A DNA stretch of 32,000 bases from Caballeronia sordidicola (GTDB lineage: Bacteria; Pseudomonadota; Gammaproteobacteria; Burkholderiales; Burkholderiaceae), in the NCBI RefSeq assembly GCF_000729995.1, contig NZ_JNFG01000002.1:67428-99427 (forward strand). The letters are read 5' to 3'. The stretch's first letter is position 1. Each line of letters opens with the position of its first letter. This document shows positions 7,829-18,073 of the stretch, in pieces. The notes beneath the pieces are model-generated. The model did not search any database. It was not told the DNA's origin and saw nothing but the letters and a program-made list of their open reading frames with translations. The translations under genes were made by a program, and so were the position numbers.

Positions 7829-8107
7829 ATGATCAAATCGTCGAAACATAAAAGTGTGCAACGCTTGTTTGAAACCGGTTCAGCAGCAGGGGTTCAGGCA
7901 GCACATAAGCCGCGGTTGACCCGTCAGTTGACAGCGCTACACAGGGCCAAATCACAGCAAGATATGAATCAGCCGGGCTGGGGTTTGCATCCACTTAAGG
8001 GTGAGGAGGCTGGAGTCTGGTCTGTAACGGTGAACGGCAACTGGAGGTTGACGTTCATGTTTGACGGTGAGGATGCAATCCTCGTTGACTACAGGGACTA
8101 CCATTAA
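7829..8107 (+). CDS. higB: HigB-type toxin (RelE/ParE superfamily, plasmid-maintenance killer protein family)
   Basis: The ATG at 7829 gives MIKSSKHKSVQRLFETGSAAGVQAAHKPRLTRQLTALHRAKSQQDMNQPGWGLHPLKGEEAGVWSVTVNGNWRLTFMFDGEDAILVDYRDYH. This matches the canonical HigB pattern (..LHPLKG....WS..V.GNWR.TF.F.G.DA..VDY.DYH). Confidence 0.85.
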   Translation: MIKSSKHKSVQRLFETGSAAGVQAAHKPRLTRQLTALHRAKSQQDMNQPGWGLHPLKGEEAGVWSVTVNGNWRLTFMFDGEDAILVDYRDYH

Positions 8108-8184
8108 AAGATTGTCTGAACGCTCAATTCGCTTAGCCCGGTTGCATCGGGCATTACACTGAAGTATTCATATTGACGAAAGCT

Positions 8185-8493
8185 ATGTCTAACATGTTCA
8201 ATCCGCCACACCCTGCGGCAATCCTCCGGGAAGATGTGCTGCCTGCACTGAACCTGACGGTTACCGAGGCTGCTGAGCAACTTGGTGTGTCCCGTGTGAC
8301 CTTGTCTCGTCTGCTCAACGAACGTGGCGGGATTACTCCCGAAATGGCGCTACGCATTGAACAGTGGCTGGGTGTGGAGCGCGGTGGGCGAGCTGATCTT
8401 TGGCTTGGTATGCAGCTCGACTACGATCTCTGGCAGGCGCGCAAGCACGCGCCGAAGCGGATAAAACCGGCGCCGGCAGTGGTATCCGCCTAA
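8185..8493 (+). CDS. higA: HigA-type antitoxin (XRE-family HTH)
   Basis: The ATG at 8185 gives MSNMFNPPHPAAILREDVLPALNLTVTEAAEQLGVSRVTLSRLLNERGGITPEMALRIEQWLG. This is typical of the HigA antidote family (PHPG..L.E..L....L.V...A..LGVSR..LS.L.NG...I...MA.R). The toxin-first gene order is as in higBA. Confidence 0.85.
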   Translation: MSNMFNPPHPAAILREDVLPALNLTVTEAAEQLGVSRVTLSRLLNERGGITPEMALRIEQWLGVERGGRADLWLGMQLDYDLWQARKHAPKRIKPAPAVVSA

Positions 8494-8573
8494 CCAGGAT
8501 CTAGCGATCACAGGGGGAAAGTTGACTATGGCGCGGAAAAATCCAGGCATTCTGTTGAACAACTCTTGCCAGA

Positions 8574-8601
8574 CTGCTTCGCGTCGTTCGTAGCGAAGCA
8601 G
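8574..8601. terminator. GC-rich hairpin between convergent higA and polB (function uncertain)
   Basis: Perfect 9-bp stem CTGCTTCGC / GCGAAGCAG with a 10-nt loop. Neither strand has a U-tract after it, so it is not a classical intrinsic terminator. Confidence 0.25.
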
Positions 8602-8693
8602 GGAAGCAAGCCCCAACCAAATCAACACGTTGCCTCACCTCCCCGCGACTTGTCCACAGCCTTGCCAACAATTTCTGTGGATATCTTCGTGGG

Positions 8694-11033
8694 CTAAAAC
8701 AACTCGTGCTGACCAGACACCAGCGTCTGAAAGTCGCTTTGCAGAAGCGGCAAGATTGCATCGGCAATAGGCTGCAATTGCCGCATCAGATAGTGATCGT
8801 AGTCAATGGCCGACTGCAAGGTTTCAAGCGGCTCCGGTCCCGCACTCGTCATCACATAGCTGATCCAGCCGCCGCGTTGATACTGCAACGGCCGGCCGCG
8901 CTCGCGGTTGAACTCATCAGCCATGCGAGCCGCGCGGACATGCGGCGGCACGTTGCGCTCATACGCATCCAGTGGCCGGCGCAGGCGCTTCCTATACACG
9001 AGCAACTCGTCGAATTCGCCGCTCAGCGTGCGCCGCACGTAGTCGCGTACATAATCCTGGTACGGTTCACCCTTGAAGATTCGCAAATAGAGTTCTCGCT
9101 GGAACCGCTGTGCGAGCGGAGTCCAGTCACTGCGAACGGTTTCGAGTCCCTTATAGACCACCTCTTCGCTACCGTCGGGCAAAAGGCTAAGACCCGCATA
9201 ACGTTTCTTGCTGCCTTCTTCCGCGCCGCGAATGGTCGGCATGAAAAACCGCCGATAGTGTCGTTCGAATTGCAACTCCAGCGCGCTCTCCAGCGCAAAG
9301 CGTTCTCGCACATCATCCTGCCACCACGCGTTCACGTGCTCGACAAGCGCGCCGCCAATACGCGCCGCTTCTTCCTCGCTGCGAGCGTGCTTGAGCCACA
9401 CGAACGTGGAATCCGTATCGCCGTAAATCACTTCGTAGCCTTCGGCTTCAATCAACTCACGCGTCTTGCGCATGATTTCATGACCGCGCATGGTGATCGA
9501 CGACGCCAGGCGAGGGTCGAAGAAGCGGCATCCCGTTGAACCCAGCACGCCATAAAACGCGTTCATGATGATCTTCAACGCTTGCGAGAGCGGCTTGTTA
9601 TGCTCGCGCTTGGCTTCCTCGCGTCCTTTCCAGACCTGATCGACAATGGCCGGCAGACTATGCCGCGTGCGTGAGAAACGTGCGCCGAGAAAACCCGGCA
9701 CCGAGTGCTCGTCATCGGGATGCCGCAGACCATCGACCAATCCAACGGGATCGATAAGGAAGGTGCGAATGATCGATGGGTACAGGCTTTTATAGTCGAG
9801 AACCAGAACGGAATCGTAAAGACCCGGCCGCGAATTCATTACGAATCCGCCGGGACTTGCCGCACCGGCGACATCGCCAAGATTGGGCGCGACGAAACCT
9901 TGCCGATGCATCCGCGGCATATACAAGTGCGTAAAAGCGGCCACGGATCCACCGCTGCGGTCCGCGGGAAGACCCGTGACCGTCGCGCGCTCGAGGAGGA
10001 ACGGCAGCAGTTCCGTCTTCGCAAAGACCCGCGTGACCAGCTCGCAATCCTTCAGGTTGTAGCGTGCGAGAGCGGGCTTGTCTTCATCGAAGCGACGCTG
10101 GATTTCGTCCATTCGCTGGTACGGATTATCGATGGCCTTGCCTTCGCCGAGCACGCTCTGCGCGACATACTCGAGGCTGAACGAAGGGAAGCTCCATGTT
10201 GCCGACCGAAGCGCTTCAATGCCATCGATCAGCAATCGTCCCGCTGCGCCCGCGAAGAAATGGTTTTGAGTAAGACCATGCTGCCGCCATTCCATTACGC
10301 TCCCGCCGCGACCTAGCCGCAGTGGAATCTGATACAGCTGCGAGTGCTCCTGCAATACGCGTAAATCGAACTGAACCAGGTTCCAGCCGATGATCGCATC
10401 GGGATCATGCTTCTCAAGCCACTCGTTGAGTTTTTCCAGCAGGAGAGCGCGGCTTTCGCAGTATTCAAGCTTGAAGTCGATGCCACTGCTATCTCCGTTG
10501 GGCGGTCCCAGCATATAAACCTGGCGTTCGCCGCAGCCTTCGAGGGCGATGGAATACAACTCCGTTTTCGCGCTGGTTTCTATATCGAGCGACACCAGTT
10601 TCAACCTCGGCCGATAACCCGACACGGGTTTCAACTCGCTGTTCAGCAGCGGACCGTCTCCATGAGACTCGCCGTTGAACACAACTGGCGCTGTGATAAA
10701 GCGCTCCATCATGTAGCGGTCCGGCGGAAAGACATCAGCTTCGTACACATCGACGCCGCCTTGCTTCAAGCGCCTCTCCAGCCCCGTCAATTGCCGATAC
10801 TGCTGACAATACAGGCCCAACACCGGCCGATGGTTGAAATCAACGAGATCCAGCGGGCGCAATTCCACCTGCTTCTCGCGCTGCAAGACGGTTTCAGCGC
10901 GCTCGCGGTGTTCGGCTGGAATGAACGCCACCGAGTCCTGCGGGCGCAAACGCAGGTGGCAGGGACCGTCGTCCGTCGCCAGCCAGAATTCGACCTCCGT
11001 CCCATCGGCGGTGTCCCGCCAATGACGCGTCAA
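8694..11033 (-). CDS. polB: DNA polymerase II (family B DNA polymerase)
   Basis: Collinear with E. coli Pol II from [18 protein letters not shown] to the C-terminal F. Contains exonuclease motif SLDIETS, polymerase motif [30 protein letters not shown], and motif [11 protein letters not shown]. The true start may lie upstream (see finding). The 11033 codon is TTG. Confidence 0.95.
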   Translation of the reverse strand: MTRHWRDTADGTEVEFWLATDDGPCHLRLRPQDSVAFIPAEHRERAETVLQREKQVELRPLDLVDFNHRPVLGLYCQQYRQLTGLERRLKQGGVDVYEADVFPPDRYMMERFITAPVVFNGESHGDGPLLNSELKPVSGYRPRLKLVSLDIETSAKTELYSIALEGCGERQVYMLGPPNGDSSGIDFKLEYCESRALLLEKLNEWLEKHDPDAIIGWNLVQFDLRVLQEHSQLYQIPLRLGRGGSVMEWRQHGLTQNHFFAGAAGRLLIDGIEALRSATWSFPSFSLEYVAQSVLGEGKAIDNPYQRMDEIQRRFDEDKPALARYNLKDCELVTRVFAKTELLPFLLERATVTGLPADRSGGSVAAFTHLYMPRMHRQGFVAPNLGDVAGAASPGGFVMNSRPGLYDSVLVLDYKSLYPSIIRTFLIDPVGLVDGLRHPDDEHSVPGFLGARFSRTRHSLPAIVDQVWKGREEAKREHNKPLSQALKIIMNAFYGVLGSTGCRFFDPRLASSITMRGHEIMRKTRELIEAEGYEVIYGDTDSTFVWLKHARSEEEAARIGGALVEHVNAWWQDDVRERFALESALELQFERHYRRFFMPTIRGAEEGSKKRYAGLSLLPDGSEEVVYKGLETVRSDWTPLAQRFQRELYLRIFKGEPYQDYVRDYVRRTLSGEFDELLVYRKRLRRPLDAYERNVPPHVRAARMADEFNRERGRPLQYQRGGWISYVMTSAGPEPLETLQSAIDYDHYLMRQLQPIADAILPLLQSDFQTLVSGQHELF

Positions 11034-11344
11034 AATAAAACCTTGTTGATGCCCGGCCAGATGCCCACCTTGGAAAACGTGTGTCCAGTATGGATTTTAG
11101 TGGGTGCGCGACTTTCCTGTTCGATTTGCCGTTTCCCACGCTCGGTCTCAGCATCCCAGCGTAAGCCAATCCTTCCGATCGATATGAAATCGCATCCTCT
11201 ATCCATAGAATAATTGCTGCGTTTGCGATGCCTGTCTCGCCGCCTACCATGCAAGGTCAATTTTCACGTGGTCGCCTCAAGCGACCGCGCAGCAAGAGCG
11301 GACCCTTCTACGGGCCGCTCGACCTTCGACAGGAATCCGGTTAG

Positions 11345-13009
11345 ATGAACGCAAGACTTCTCGCGCTCGTGGGCGCGACGGCCCTTAGTGCCAGTTTCGT
11401 ACTGAGTGGCTGCAGCAAATCCGACTCAGCTTCGCCTCAGCAACAGACCTCAGCCAAGCCGGTTTCGGGCGGCGCGCTTACGTGGGGTGTAACGACAGAA
11501 CCGGCGTGCTTCGATCCTCACCGTTCATCGCAACAAAACGCGTTCTGGGTGATCCGCAATTTCATCGATTCATTGATCAGCAAGAAAACCGACGGCACCT
11601 ACGCACCGTGGCTGGCCAAGTCCTGGACGGTCGCCGATGACGGCAAAAGCTACACGTTCACGCTGCGCGACGACGTGAAATTCACCGATGGCACACCGTT
11701 CAACGCGGCAGCGGTCAAGGCCAACTTCGATTACATCCTGAGCAATGTCAGCACGACTTCGGCATCGGCGTCGCTACTGGTTCATTTTGACCACGCGGAG
11801 GTTGTGTCGCCGACGGTGGTCAAGCTCGTCATGAAGCAGGCCGATTCAACGACACTCGAATCGCTGTCGAGCGTGAAGCTCGGTTTTATCTCGCCGAAGG
11901 CGTTGGCTGAAAACAAGGATCTGTGCGGCGGCGGACCCGGCCTAGTCGGGACCGGACCCTTCGTATTCAAGTCATATCAGCGTGGCCAGGCGGCGGTTTT
12001 CGAACGCAACCCGGACTACCAGTGGGGACCCGGCAACGCACAGCATCAGGGCCCGGCTTATCTTGATCGCGTTACCTACCGCTTCCTTCCGGAAGCGGCC
12101 GTACGCACGGGCGCACTTAGTTCAGGACAAGTCGACTTGATCGAAGGCGTACAACCTACGGATATCACCGTATTCGATAAGGTCGATGGATTTCAGTACC
12201 TGACCGGCCCGTCGGCGACGACCTCGTTCTCGCTCAACGTCAACTACACCGTCGCCCCGGCTAACGACGTACGCGTGCGGCGCGCGTTGCGCGACGGCTT
12301 CGATCTCGATGGGATCGTGAAGAGCGTCTATCTGGGCACGGTGCGGCGCGCGTATTCGAACATTGGACCGGACAACGCGGACTATGACGCTAGTCTCAAG
12401 GGATCGTGGGGCAACAAGATCGCCGAGGCTAACAAGCTGCTCGACGATGCCGGCTGGACCCAGCGTGACAGTGACGGCTTTCGTACACGCGAGGGCAAGC
12501 GGCTCTCCATTGAAGTCGGCTATCCGCAGCCCTACGTTCGCGACAGCCGAGACGTGCTGATTCGCGCGGTGCAGTCCGCGCTGCGTCAGAACATCGGGCT
12601 CGATCTCGGCTTGCGCATCACCACGGCGGGCGACTTCACCAACCAGAAAGCGACCGGCAACTGGACCATCTATCCGAACACCGACAACCCGTCGGACGTC
12701 GCCATGGAGCTATGGGACATGCTGGGTGACCAGGGCTTCCTCTACAACGCCATCAAGAATCCCGACGCAACCATAGTCGACGATATCAACCATAGCCGCC
12801 TCCTGCCGGTAGGCGAAGAGCGCCGCAAGCTGCTTGCCAAGATCCAGACGCGCGCGGTGGATCAGGCGTTTATCGTGCCGCTCTTCGCGCCGGCATATCA
12901 CCTGGCCGCGAAGTCGAACGTGCATGGCATCGGCTTCGAACCGCAACTGGATGGCCCGGCGAGTTCTTACGACCTTTGGGTCGAGGCACAAGCAAAGCAG
13001 GGAGGCTGA
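11345..13009 (+). CDS. ABC transporter substrate-binding lipoprotein, family 5 (peptide/glutathione/nickel type)
   Basis: 554 aa. The signal peptide has lipobox LSGC. Size and motifs fit DppA/OppA/GsiB-like SBPs. It is the first gene of a four-gene ABC operon. Confidence 0.9.
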   Translation: MNARLLALVGATALSASFVLSGCSKSDSASPQQQTSAKPVSGGALTWGVTTEPACFDPHRSSQQNAFWVIRNFIDSLISKKTDGTYAPWLAKSWTVADDGKSYTFTLRDDVKFTDGTPFNAAAVKANFDYILSNVSTTSASASLLVHFDHAEVVSPTVVKLVMKQADSTTLESLSSVKLGFISPKALAENKDLCGGGPGLVGTGPFVFKSYQRGQAAVFERNPDYQWGPGNAQHQGPAYLDRVTYRFLPEAAVRTGALSSGQVDLIEGVQPTDITVFDKVDGFQYLTGPSATTSFSLNVNYTVAPANDVRVRRALRDGFDLDGIVKSVYLGTVRRAYSNIGPDNADYDASLKGSWGNKIAEANKLLDDAGWTQRDSDGFRTREGKRLSIEVGYPQPYVRDSRDVLIRAVQSALRQNIGLDLGLRITTAGDFTNQKATGNWTIYPNTDNPSDVAMELWDMLGDQGFLYNAIKNPDATIVDDINHSRLLPVGEERRKLLAKIQTRAVDQAFIVPLFAPAYHLAAKSNVHGIGFEPQLDGPASSYDLWVEAQAKQGG

Positions 13010-13010
13010 C

Positions 13011-13940
13011 ATGCTTCAAAAGATCGTCACGCGCTTGCTGACCGGCGTGCTCGTGCTGTGGCTTGCGGCCACGGCGGCGTTCGTGGCTATTCACGCACTG
13101 CCGGGACGTATCGAAGATGTGCTTGCAGGGGATCTGGCCTATCCCGGCTTACGCGAAGCGATCGCAGCGCAATGGGGACTCGATCGCAGTCTTCCATGGC
13201 AGTACGGGCAATTCCTGTTGCGGCTGGCCCATGCAGACCTGGGTACGTCGTTCGTGATGCAACAACCTGTGGGCGCCGTTCTGGGTAGCCAGCTTTTGCC
13301 CACAGCGGAGCTGGCGGGATCGGCCGGCCTGCTAGCAATCGTATTGGCGATCCTGATCGCCACGCTGACTGCCGGGTCGGCATCGAGACAGGGTGCGTGG
13401 GGCACTCGTATTGCGTCGGTGCTTGAACTCACGTTCACTTCCACACCGGTGTTCTGGCTGGGCATGTTGTTGCTGATCGTCTTCTCGTTCCAGTTGCATA
13501 TCTTCCCGGTGTCGGGTGCAAGCAGTTGGCGTTCGCTAGTGCTGCCCGCAGTCACGCTGGCGTTGCCGACGGCGGGGATCCTGTCGCAAGTGATGCGCGA
13601 GGCGCTCGAGGCGGCGCTGGAAAAGCCCTTCGTCACCACGATCCGTTCGCGAGGCGTAGGCGAACTCGCACTACGCTTTCGACACGTTCTCCGGCATGCA
13701 TTGCTGCCGGTCGTGACACTGGGCGGCTGGCTCATCGGCAGCTTGCTTGGCGGCGCGGTGATCACCGAAAAAATGTTCGGGCGGCCCGGCATCGGCAGCG
13801 TGACGCTCAATGCGGTCACCGCGCAGGACGTGCCGGTCGTACTTGCCGTGGTACTGCTTGCGGCCTTCGTCCACGTGGTGATTTCGACGCTGCTCGACGT
13901 CGCCTATCTGTTCATCGATCCAAGGTTGCGCAGCCAATGA
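13011..13940 (+). CDS. ABC transporter permease (DppB/GsiC-like)
   Basis: I prefer the ATG at 13011, one nt after the SBP stop. It is in frame with track ORF 12834..13940. The N-terminus MLQKIVTRLLTGVLVLW....F..IHALPG is typical of DppB/OppB-type permeases, and the protein has multiple TM segments. Confidence 0.9.
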   Translation: MLQKIVTRLLTGVLVLWLAATAAFVAIHALPGRIEDVLAGDLAYPGLREAIAAQWGLDRSLPWQYGQFLLRLAHADLGTSFVMQQPVGAVLGSQLLPTAELAGSAGLLAIVLAILIATLTAGSASRQGAWGTRIASVLELTFTSTPVFWLGMLLLIVFSFQLHIFPVSGASSWRSLVLPAVTLALPTAGILSQVMREALEAALEKPFVTTIRSRGVGELALRFRHVLRHALLPVVTLGGWLIGSLLGGAVITEKMFGRPGIGSVTLNAVTAQDVPVVLAVVLLAAFVHVVISTLLDVAYLFIDPRLRSQ

Positions 13941-14806
13941 GCGAGATCATTTCTCCGGCCCGGGCCCCGGCCGCCAAGCGGTCTTCAGAGTGGTCGATAC
14001 AAGCCATTCCCCCAAGCGTATTGCTTGCAGGGGTCTTCCTGGTGGTGCTGGCCGTTGCCATCGCTTATCCGCCTCTCGTCACGCACTTCGATCCGCTCAC
14101 AAGCGACATCGCGCAGACGTTACAGCCGCCCGGCGCGCAGCACTGGTTTGGCACCGACCGTATTGGCCGCGATGTTTTCTCGCGAGTGATCTACGGGGCG
14201 CGTTATTCGCTGCTGATCGGCCTTGCCAGCATGCTTGTTAGTCTAGCAATCGGTCTCGTGATCGGCATGACGGCGGGCCTGGGAAAACGTCTGACCGATG
14301 AATCAGCCTCACGCGTGTTCGACGTCCTCTCGGCGTTTCCTCCCATCTTGTTGTCGTTGTTCGTCGTCACGTTTCTTGGTCAAGGCATCGTCAATATCGC
14401 GATCGCGGTGGGCATCGCAGGCATTCCGAAATTCGGGCGGGTGCTACGCAGCCAGACACTGGTGGTGCGGCGCGCCGACTATGTCGCGCACGCGGTGAGC
14501 TATGGGCTCTCGCGCAGCCGCGTCTTCCTGCGGCATGTGCTGCCCAATGTGCTTGTCGTCGTGCCGGTGATAGCGACTATCGACATTGGGAGCGCGATCA
14601 TAGCGGTATCGGGCTTGAGTTTCCTTGGGCTAGGGCCGCAGCCGCCGACGCCCGAATGGGGCGTCATGCTCGCCGAAGGCCGCGACGTGCTACGGGTCGC
14701 GTGGTGGCCGAGCGTATTCCCCGGGCTCGCGATTACGCTGACTGTCATCGCGTTTTCGGTGATCGGCAAGTTTTTGCAACGCAAGGTCGAGGGACGAACG
14801 CGATGA
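13937..14806 (+). CDS. ABC transporter permease (DppC/GsiD-like)
   Basis: The ATG at 13937 overlaps the upstream stop (ATGA). Contains HWFGTDRIGRDVFSRVIYGARYSLLIG, the conserved DppC/OppC N-terminal periplasmic-loop motif. Confidence 0.9.
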   Translation: MSEIISPARAPAAKRSSEWSIQAIPPSVLLAGVFLVVLAVAIAYPPLVTHFDPLTSDIAQTLQPPGAQHWFGTDRIGRDVFSRVIYGARYSLLIGLASMLVSLAIGLVIGMTAGLGKRLTDESASRVFDVLSAFPPILLSLFVVTFLGQGIVNIAIAVGIAGIPKFGRVLRSQTLVVRRADYVAHAVSYGLSRSRVFLRHVLPNVLVVVPVIATIDIGSAIIAVSGLSFLGLGPQPPTPEWGVMLAEGRDVLRVAWWPSVFPGLAITLTVIAFSVIGKFLQRKVEGRTR

Positions 14807-16587
14807 CAGGCACCGTGCAAGACCCAAAAACACTAGTCGATATCCGCGGCCTGACCATTCGCTTTCCAGGCGCTAACGGCGGCGAGCCGCTGGTGCGCGG
14901 TGTCGATCTTTCCATCCATGCCGGCGAGTGTGTTGCGCTGGTGGGCGAGTCGGGGTCGGGCAAGAGTTTGACGGCGCGCTCGCTGCTCGGCCTGGCCGGA
15001 CCGCATGCAGTGATCGATGCCAGCCAGTTTGATATCGATGGACGACAAGCGCTGAACTTCAACGAACATGATTGGCGCTCGCTGCGTGGGACCTTCGCGG
15101 GATTGGTGATGCAGGACGCGCTCGTGTCGCTTGATCCTCTGCGCACGGTGGGTGCGGAGATAGGCGAGGTGCTGGTGCATCATCGGCTCGTGCGGTCGCG
15201 GCGTGAACGCCGGGGGCGGGTTCACGCAGTGATGCAGGACGTTGGTATTGCCGAGCCGGAACATCGCGGGACTCAGTATGCGCACGAATTGTCCGGAGGT
15301 TTGCGGCAGCGTGCGTTGATCGCCTCGGCCATAGCGGCGGGACCGGCGCTCGTAATCGCGGACGAGCCTACCACGGCACTCGATGTAACGGTGCAGGCGC
15401 AGGTATTGGCCGTTCTTGCGGCACGTCTTGAACAGGGCGTGGGTGTGCTTCTGATCAGCCACGATTTAGCGGTGGTAGCCGGCATTGCTGATCGTGTGCT
15501 CGTGATGCATAACGGTGAAGTGGTCGACAGTGGCACTGCAGAGAGCGTGCTGAACAACCCCTCGCATCCGTACACGCGGCAGTTGCTGGCTGCACAACCG
15601 TCGGCGCAGTCGCGAGGGCATCGGCTGAGTTCCGCGCGATTCGTGACGACGGTGGCTGCTCATATCCAAGCCGATGATGACAATACAGCCGCTAACGCGC
15701 CGCTGATCGTGCGCGAGCCGCTGCCGCCGCGACGTGCTCGCTCACAAAAGGTCGTACTGCGCGTCGATGGCATCGGCAAGCACTATTCGCGTCGTGGTGC
15801 ACACCGCGGTGAAACTTTTACTGCGCTGCAGGACATCTCGTTCACCGTGCACGAAGGGGAGGTGCTAGGTATTGTCGGTGAGTCCGGTTCTGGCAAAAGC
15901 ACCTGCGCGAACATTGTCCTGGGCCTGGTCGAGCCGGATGCCGGCAACGTTGAGTTTCTCGATACGCGTTGGAACGGCAAGGGAGTCTCCGAGCGCTCGC
16001 GCCGCGACTTGCGGCCGCGTCTCCAATACATTCCGCAAGACCCGCTCAGTTCCTTCGACCCACGTCATTCAGTGCGCCAGTTGCTCGAAGAAGCGTTGTG
16101 GTCGAAGCGATTATCCAGGTCGGAGCTACTGGAGAAAAGCGTCGGACTGCTTGAACAGGTCGGACTCGATGCTGCGTTTCTCGACCGCCGTCCCACGTCG
16201 CTATCGGGTGGCCAGCGGCAGCGCATTGCAATCGCACGCGCGCTCGCTCCGGAGCCCGCGCTGATCGTCTGCGATGAGCCTGTGTCTGCGCTCGATGTCT
16301 ATGTCCAGGCACAGGTGCTCGATTTGCTGGCAGAGTTGCAGGGACGGTTGCATACGTCGTTGCTGTTCATCTCGCACGATCTTGACGTCGTGCGTCATCT
16401 CAGCGATCGGGTGCTGGTTTTCAAGGACGGCCGTATTGTTGAAGAAGGTGAGGCTGAACGCGTGTTCGCATCGCCGGAGCATCCGTACACGAAGCTCTTG
16501 ATGCTGTCGACGCCGGCACTTCGGCGTTCATATCCTGATGACAAGGTCAGAACCGAAGGTCCGGTAACAGAGCGCGAACTGTCCTGA
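14803..16587 (+). CDS. Fused double ATP-binding-cassette ATPase (GsiA-like DppD-DppF fusion)
   Basis: The ATG at 14803 overlaps the upstream stop (ATGA). The protein has two complete ABC domains. Walker A is GESGSGKS (twice). The signatures are LSGGLRQR and LSGGQRQR. Walker B is LVIADEPTTALD and LIVCDEPVSALD. Confidence 0.9.
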   Translation: MTGTVQDPKTLVDIRGLTIRFPGANGGEPLVRGVDLSIHAGECVALVGESGSGKSLTARSLLGLAGPHAVIDASQFDIDGRQALNFNEHDWRSLRGTFAGLVMQDALVSLDPLRTVGAEIGEVLVHHRLVRSRRERRGRVHAVMQDVGIAEPEHRGTQYAHELSGGLRQRALIASAIAAGPALVIADEPTTALDVTVQAQVLAVLAARLEQGVGVLLISHDLAVVAGIADRVLVMHNGEVVDSGTAESVLNNPSHPYTRQLLAAQPSAQSRGHRLSSARFVTTVAAHIQADDDNTAANAPLIVREPLPPRRARSQKVVLRVDGIGKHYSRRGAHRGETFTALQDISFTVHEGEVLGIVGESGSGKSTCANIVLGLVEPDAGNVEFLDTRWNGKGVSERSRRDLRPRLQYIPQDPLSSFDPRHSVRQLLEEALWSKRLSRSELLEKSVGLLEQVGLDAAFLDRRPTSLSGGQRQRIAIARALAPEPALIVCDEPVSALDVYVQAQVLDLLAELQGRLHTSLLFISHDLDVVRHLSDRVLVFKDGRIVEEGEAERVFASPEHPYTKLLMLSTPALRRSYPDDKVRTEGPVTERELS

Positions 16588-16633
16588 TAGCGATCGGGCG
16601 TGTGTTCATATTGAACCCGCCTGACCCGTCCGC

Positions 16634-17998
16634 TCAGGCTGCAACTGTATTGGCCTTCTCCGCCGAGTATCGGTTAACAGGCCGCGTGAGGCCAAGATTC
16701 GCACGCAGCGTGTGGCCCTCATACTCCGTGCGAAACAGTCCACGGCGACGCAACTCCGGCAGCACCAGTTCGATGAAATCCGTCAGGCTGCCCGGCAGAA
16801 CCGCGGGCATGACGTTATAGCCGTCGGCTCCATAGTGCACGAAGCGTTCTTCCAGTTGATCCGCGATCTGCTCAGGTGTTCCGACCACCTGCCAATGTCC
16901 GCGTGCGCCCGCCACGCGTAGATACAGCTGTCGAATCGTCAGGTTCTCGCGCCGCGCCAATTCGAGCGTGAGCAATTGACGGCTCTTGCTCGCATTCGTT
17001 TCAGGCAGTTCAGGGATAGGACCGTCGAGCGGGTAAGCCGACAAGTCGAAACCACCAGTCAGGCCCGATACCAACGCGAGTCCCACCGCCGGGTCGATCA
17101 GCGATTGCAAATGCTCGAACTTCTCGCGCGCCTCGCTTTCGGTGCGTCCGACGATGGGCATGACGCCGGGCATTATCTTCAGGTCATCGGGATGACGCCC
17201 ATGCTGTTCGAGGCGGCCTTTGACATCGGCATAAAAATCGATCGCGTCCTGAAGGGTTTGCTGCGCCGTGAAGATGACCTCTGCGGTACGGGCAGCCAGC
17301 GCCCGGCCGGCTTCCGATGAACCCGCCTGGACGACCACCGGTTGACCTTGAGGCGAGCGCGCTACGTTCAAAGGCCCCTTGACCTGGAAAAAGCGTCCCT
17401 TGTGATCGAGGACATGACGCTTGGCGGGATCGAAGAAGCGGCCTTGCTCTTTGTCGCGCAAGAATGCATCGTCCTCCCAACTATCCCAAAGCCGGTCGAC
17501 AACATCCGCAAACTCGGTCGCCCGCTCATAGCGTTCTCCATGCTCGAAATGCCGGTCCCGATTAAAGTTCTTCGCCTCATGCTCATTCGACGATGTAACG
17601 AGGTTCCATCCCGCGCGACCGCCGCTGATATGGTCGAGCGACGCGAACTTGCGCGCGATGTGATACGGCTCGTTGAAGCTGGTCGACGCCGTGCCGACCA
17701 GGCCGATGTCTTCCGTCACGGCAGCCAGTGCGGACAGCAGCGTGATCGGCTCGAACTGAGCGATATAGCTGTGCGCGGTGCGGCTCAGGAAGTCCAGGTT
17801 ATCGCCTCGGGTGCCCACGCCATCGGCGAGAAACAGCAGGTCGAATTTAGCCGCTTGCGCCGCCTGGGCGAGTTGCACGTAGTGCCGAAAATTGATTCCC
17901 GCGTCCGCCTGTGCATCCGGATGCCGCCACGCGGCAATGTGATGTCCTGCAGGATAAAGAAAGGCGCCTAGGCGCAGTTGTCCAGTTCGCTTGGCCAT
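16634..17998 (-). CDS. LLM-class FMNH2-dependent monooxygenase, NtaA/SnaA/DszA family (paralogue 1)
   Basis: 454 aa. The N-terminus LRLGAFLYPAGHHIAAWRHP, FDLLFLADG, HISGGRAGWNLVTS, and the C-terminus PELRRRGLFRTEYEG.TLR..LGL.RP are typical of the nitrilotriacetate monooxygenase component A / DszA family. Confidence 0.85.
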   Translation of the reverse strand: MAKRTGQLRLGAFLYPAGHHIAAWRHPDAQADAGINFRHYVQLAQAAQAAKFDLLFLADGVGTRGDNLDFLSRTAHSYIAQFEPITLLSALAAVTEDIGLVGTASTSFNEPYHIARKFASLDHISGGRAGWNLVTSSNEHEAKNFNRDRHFEHGERYERATEFADVVDRLWDSWEDDAFLRDKEQGRFFDPAKRHVLDHKGRFFQVKGPLNVARSPQGQPVVVQAGSSEAGRALAARTAEVIFTAQQTLQDAIDFYADVKGRLEQHGRHPDDLKIMPGVMPIVGRTESEAREKFEHLQSLIDPAVGLALVSGLTGGFDLSAYPLDGPIPELPETNASKSRQLLTLELARRENLTIRQLYLRVAGARGHWQVVGTPEQIADQLEERFVHYGADGYNVMPAVLPGSLTDFIELVLPELRRRGLFRTEYEGHTLRANLGLTRPVNRYSAEKANTVAA

Positions 17999-18073
17999 GG
18001 TGTGTGGGATCGTCGGGATGCTGCGTGAAAGGGGACACCGGCATGCGTGAGTGCGCTTGGTGCAGGTGCACGT

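Noticed and set aside
8706-11213. Long ORFs antisense to polB (277 aa and 268 aa). Similar long antisense or out-of-frame ORFs overlie most other genes, for example 407-1030, 13139-13819, 14833-15462, 19883-20611, 24318-25119, 29410-30273 and 30276-31199.
   Set aside because: These are typical shadow ORFs of high-GC DNA. Their composition is Arg/Ala/Pro/Ser-rich and low in complexity. They have no recognisable motifs, and each fully overlaps a gene with strong family signatures.
11034-11344. A LexA/SOS box upstream of polB. E. coli polB (dinA) is SOS-regulated.
   Set aside because: I scanned both strands for CTGT-N8-ACAG and found no match. CTGTTCGATTTGCCGT and CCAGTATGGATTTTAG are not acceptable. 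SOS control is neither supported nor excluded.
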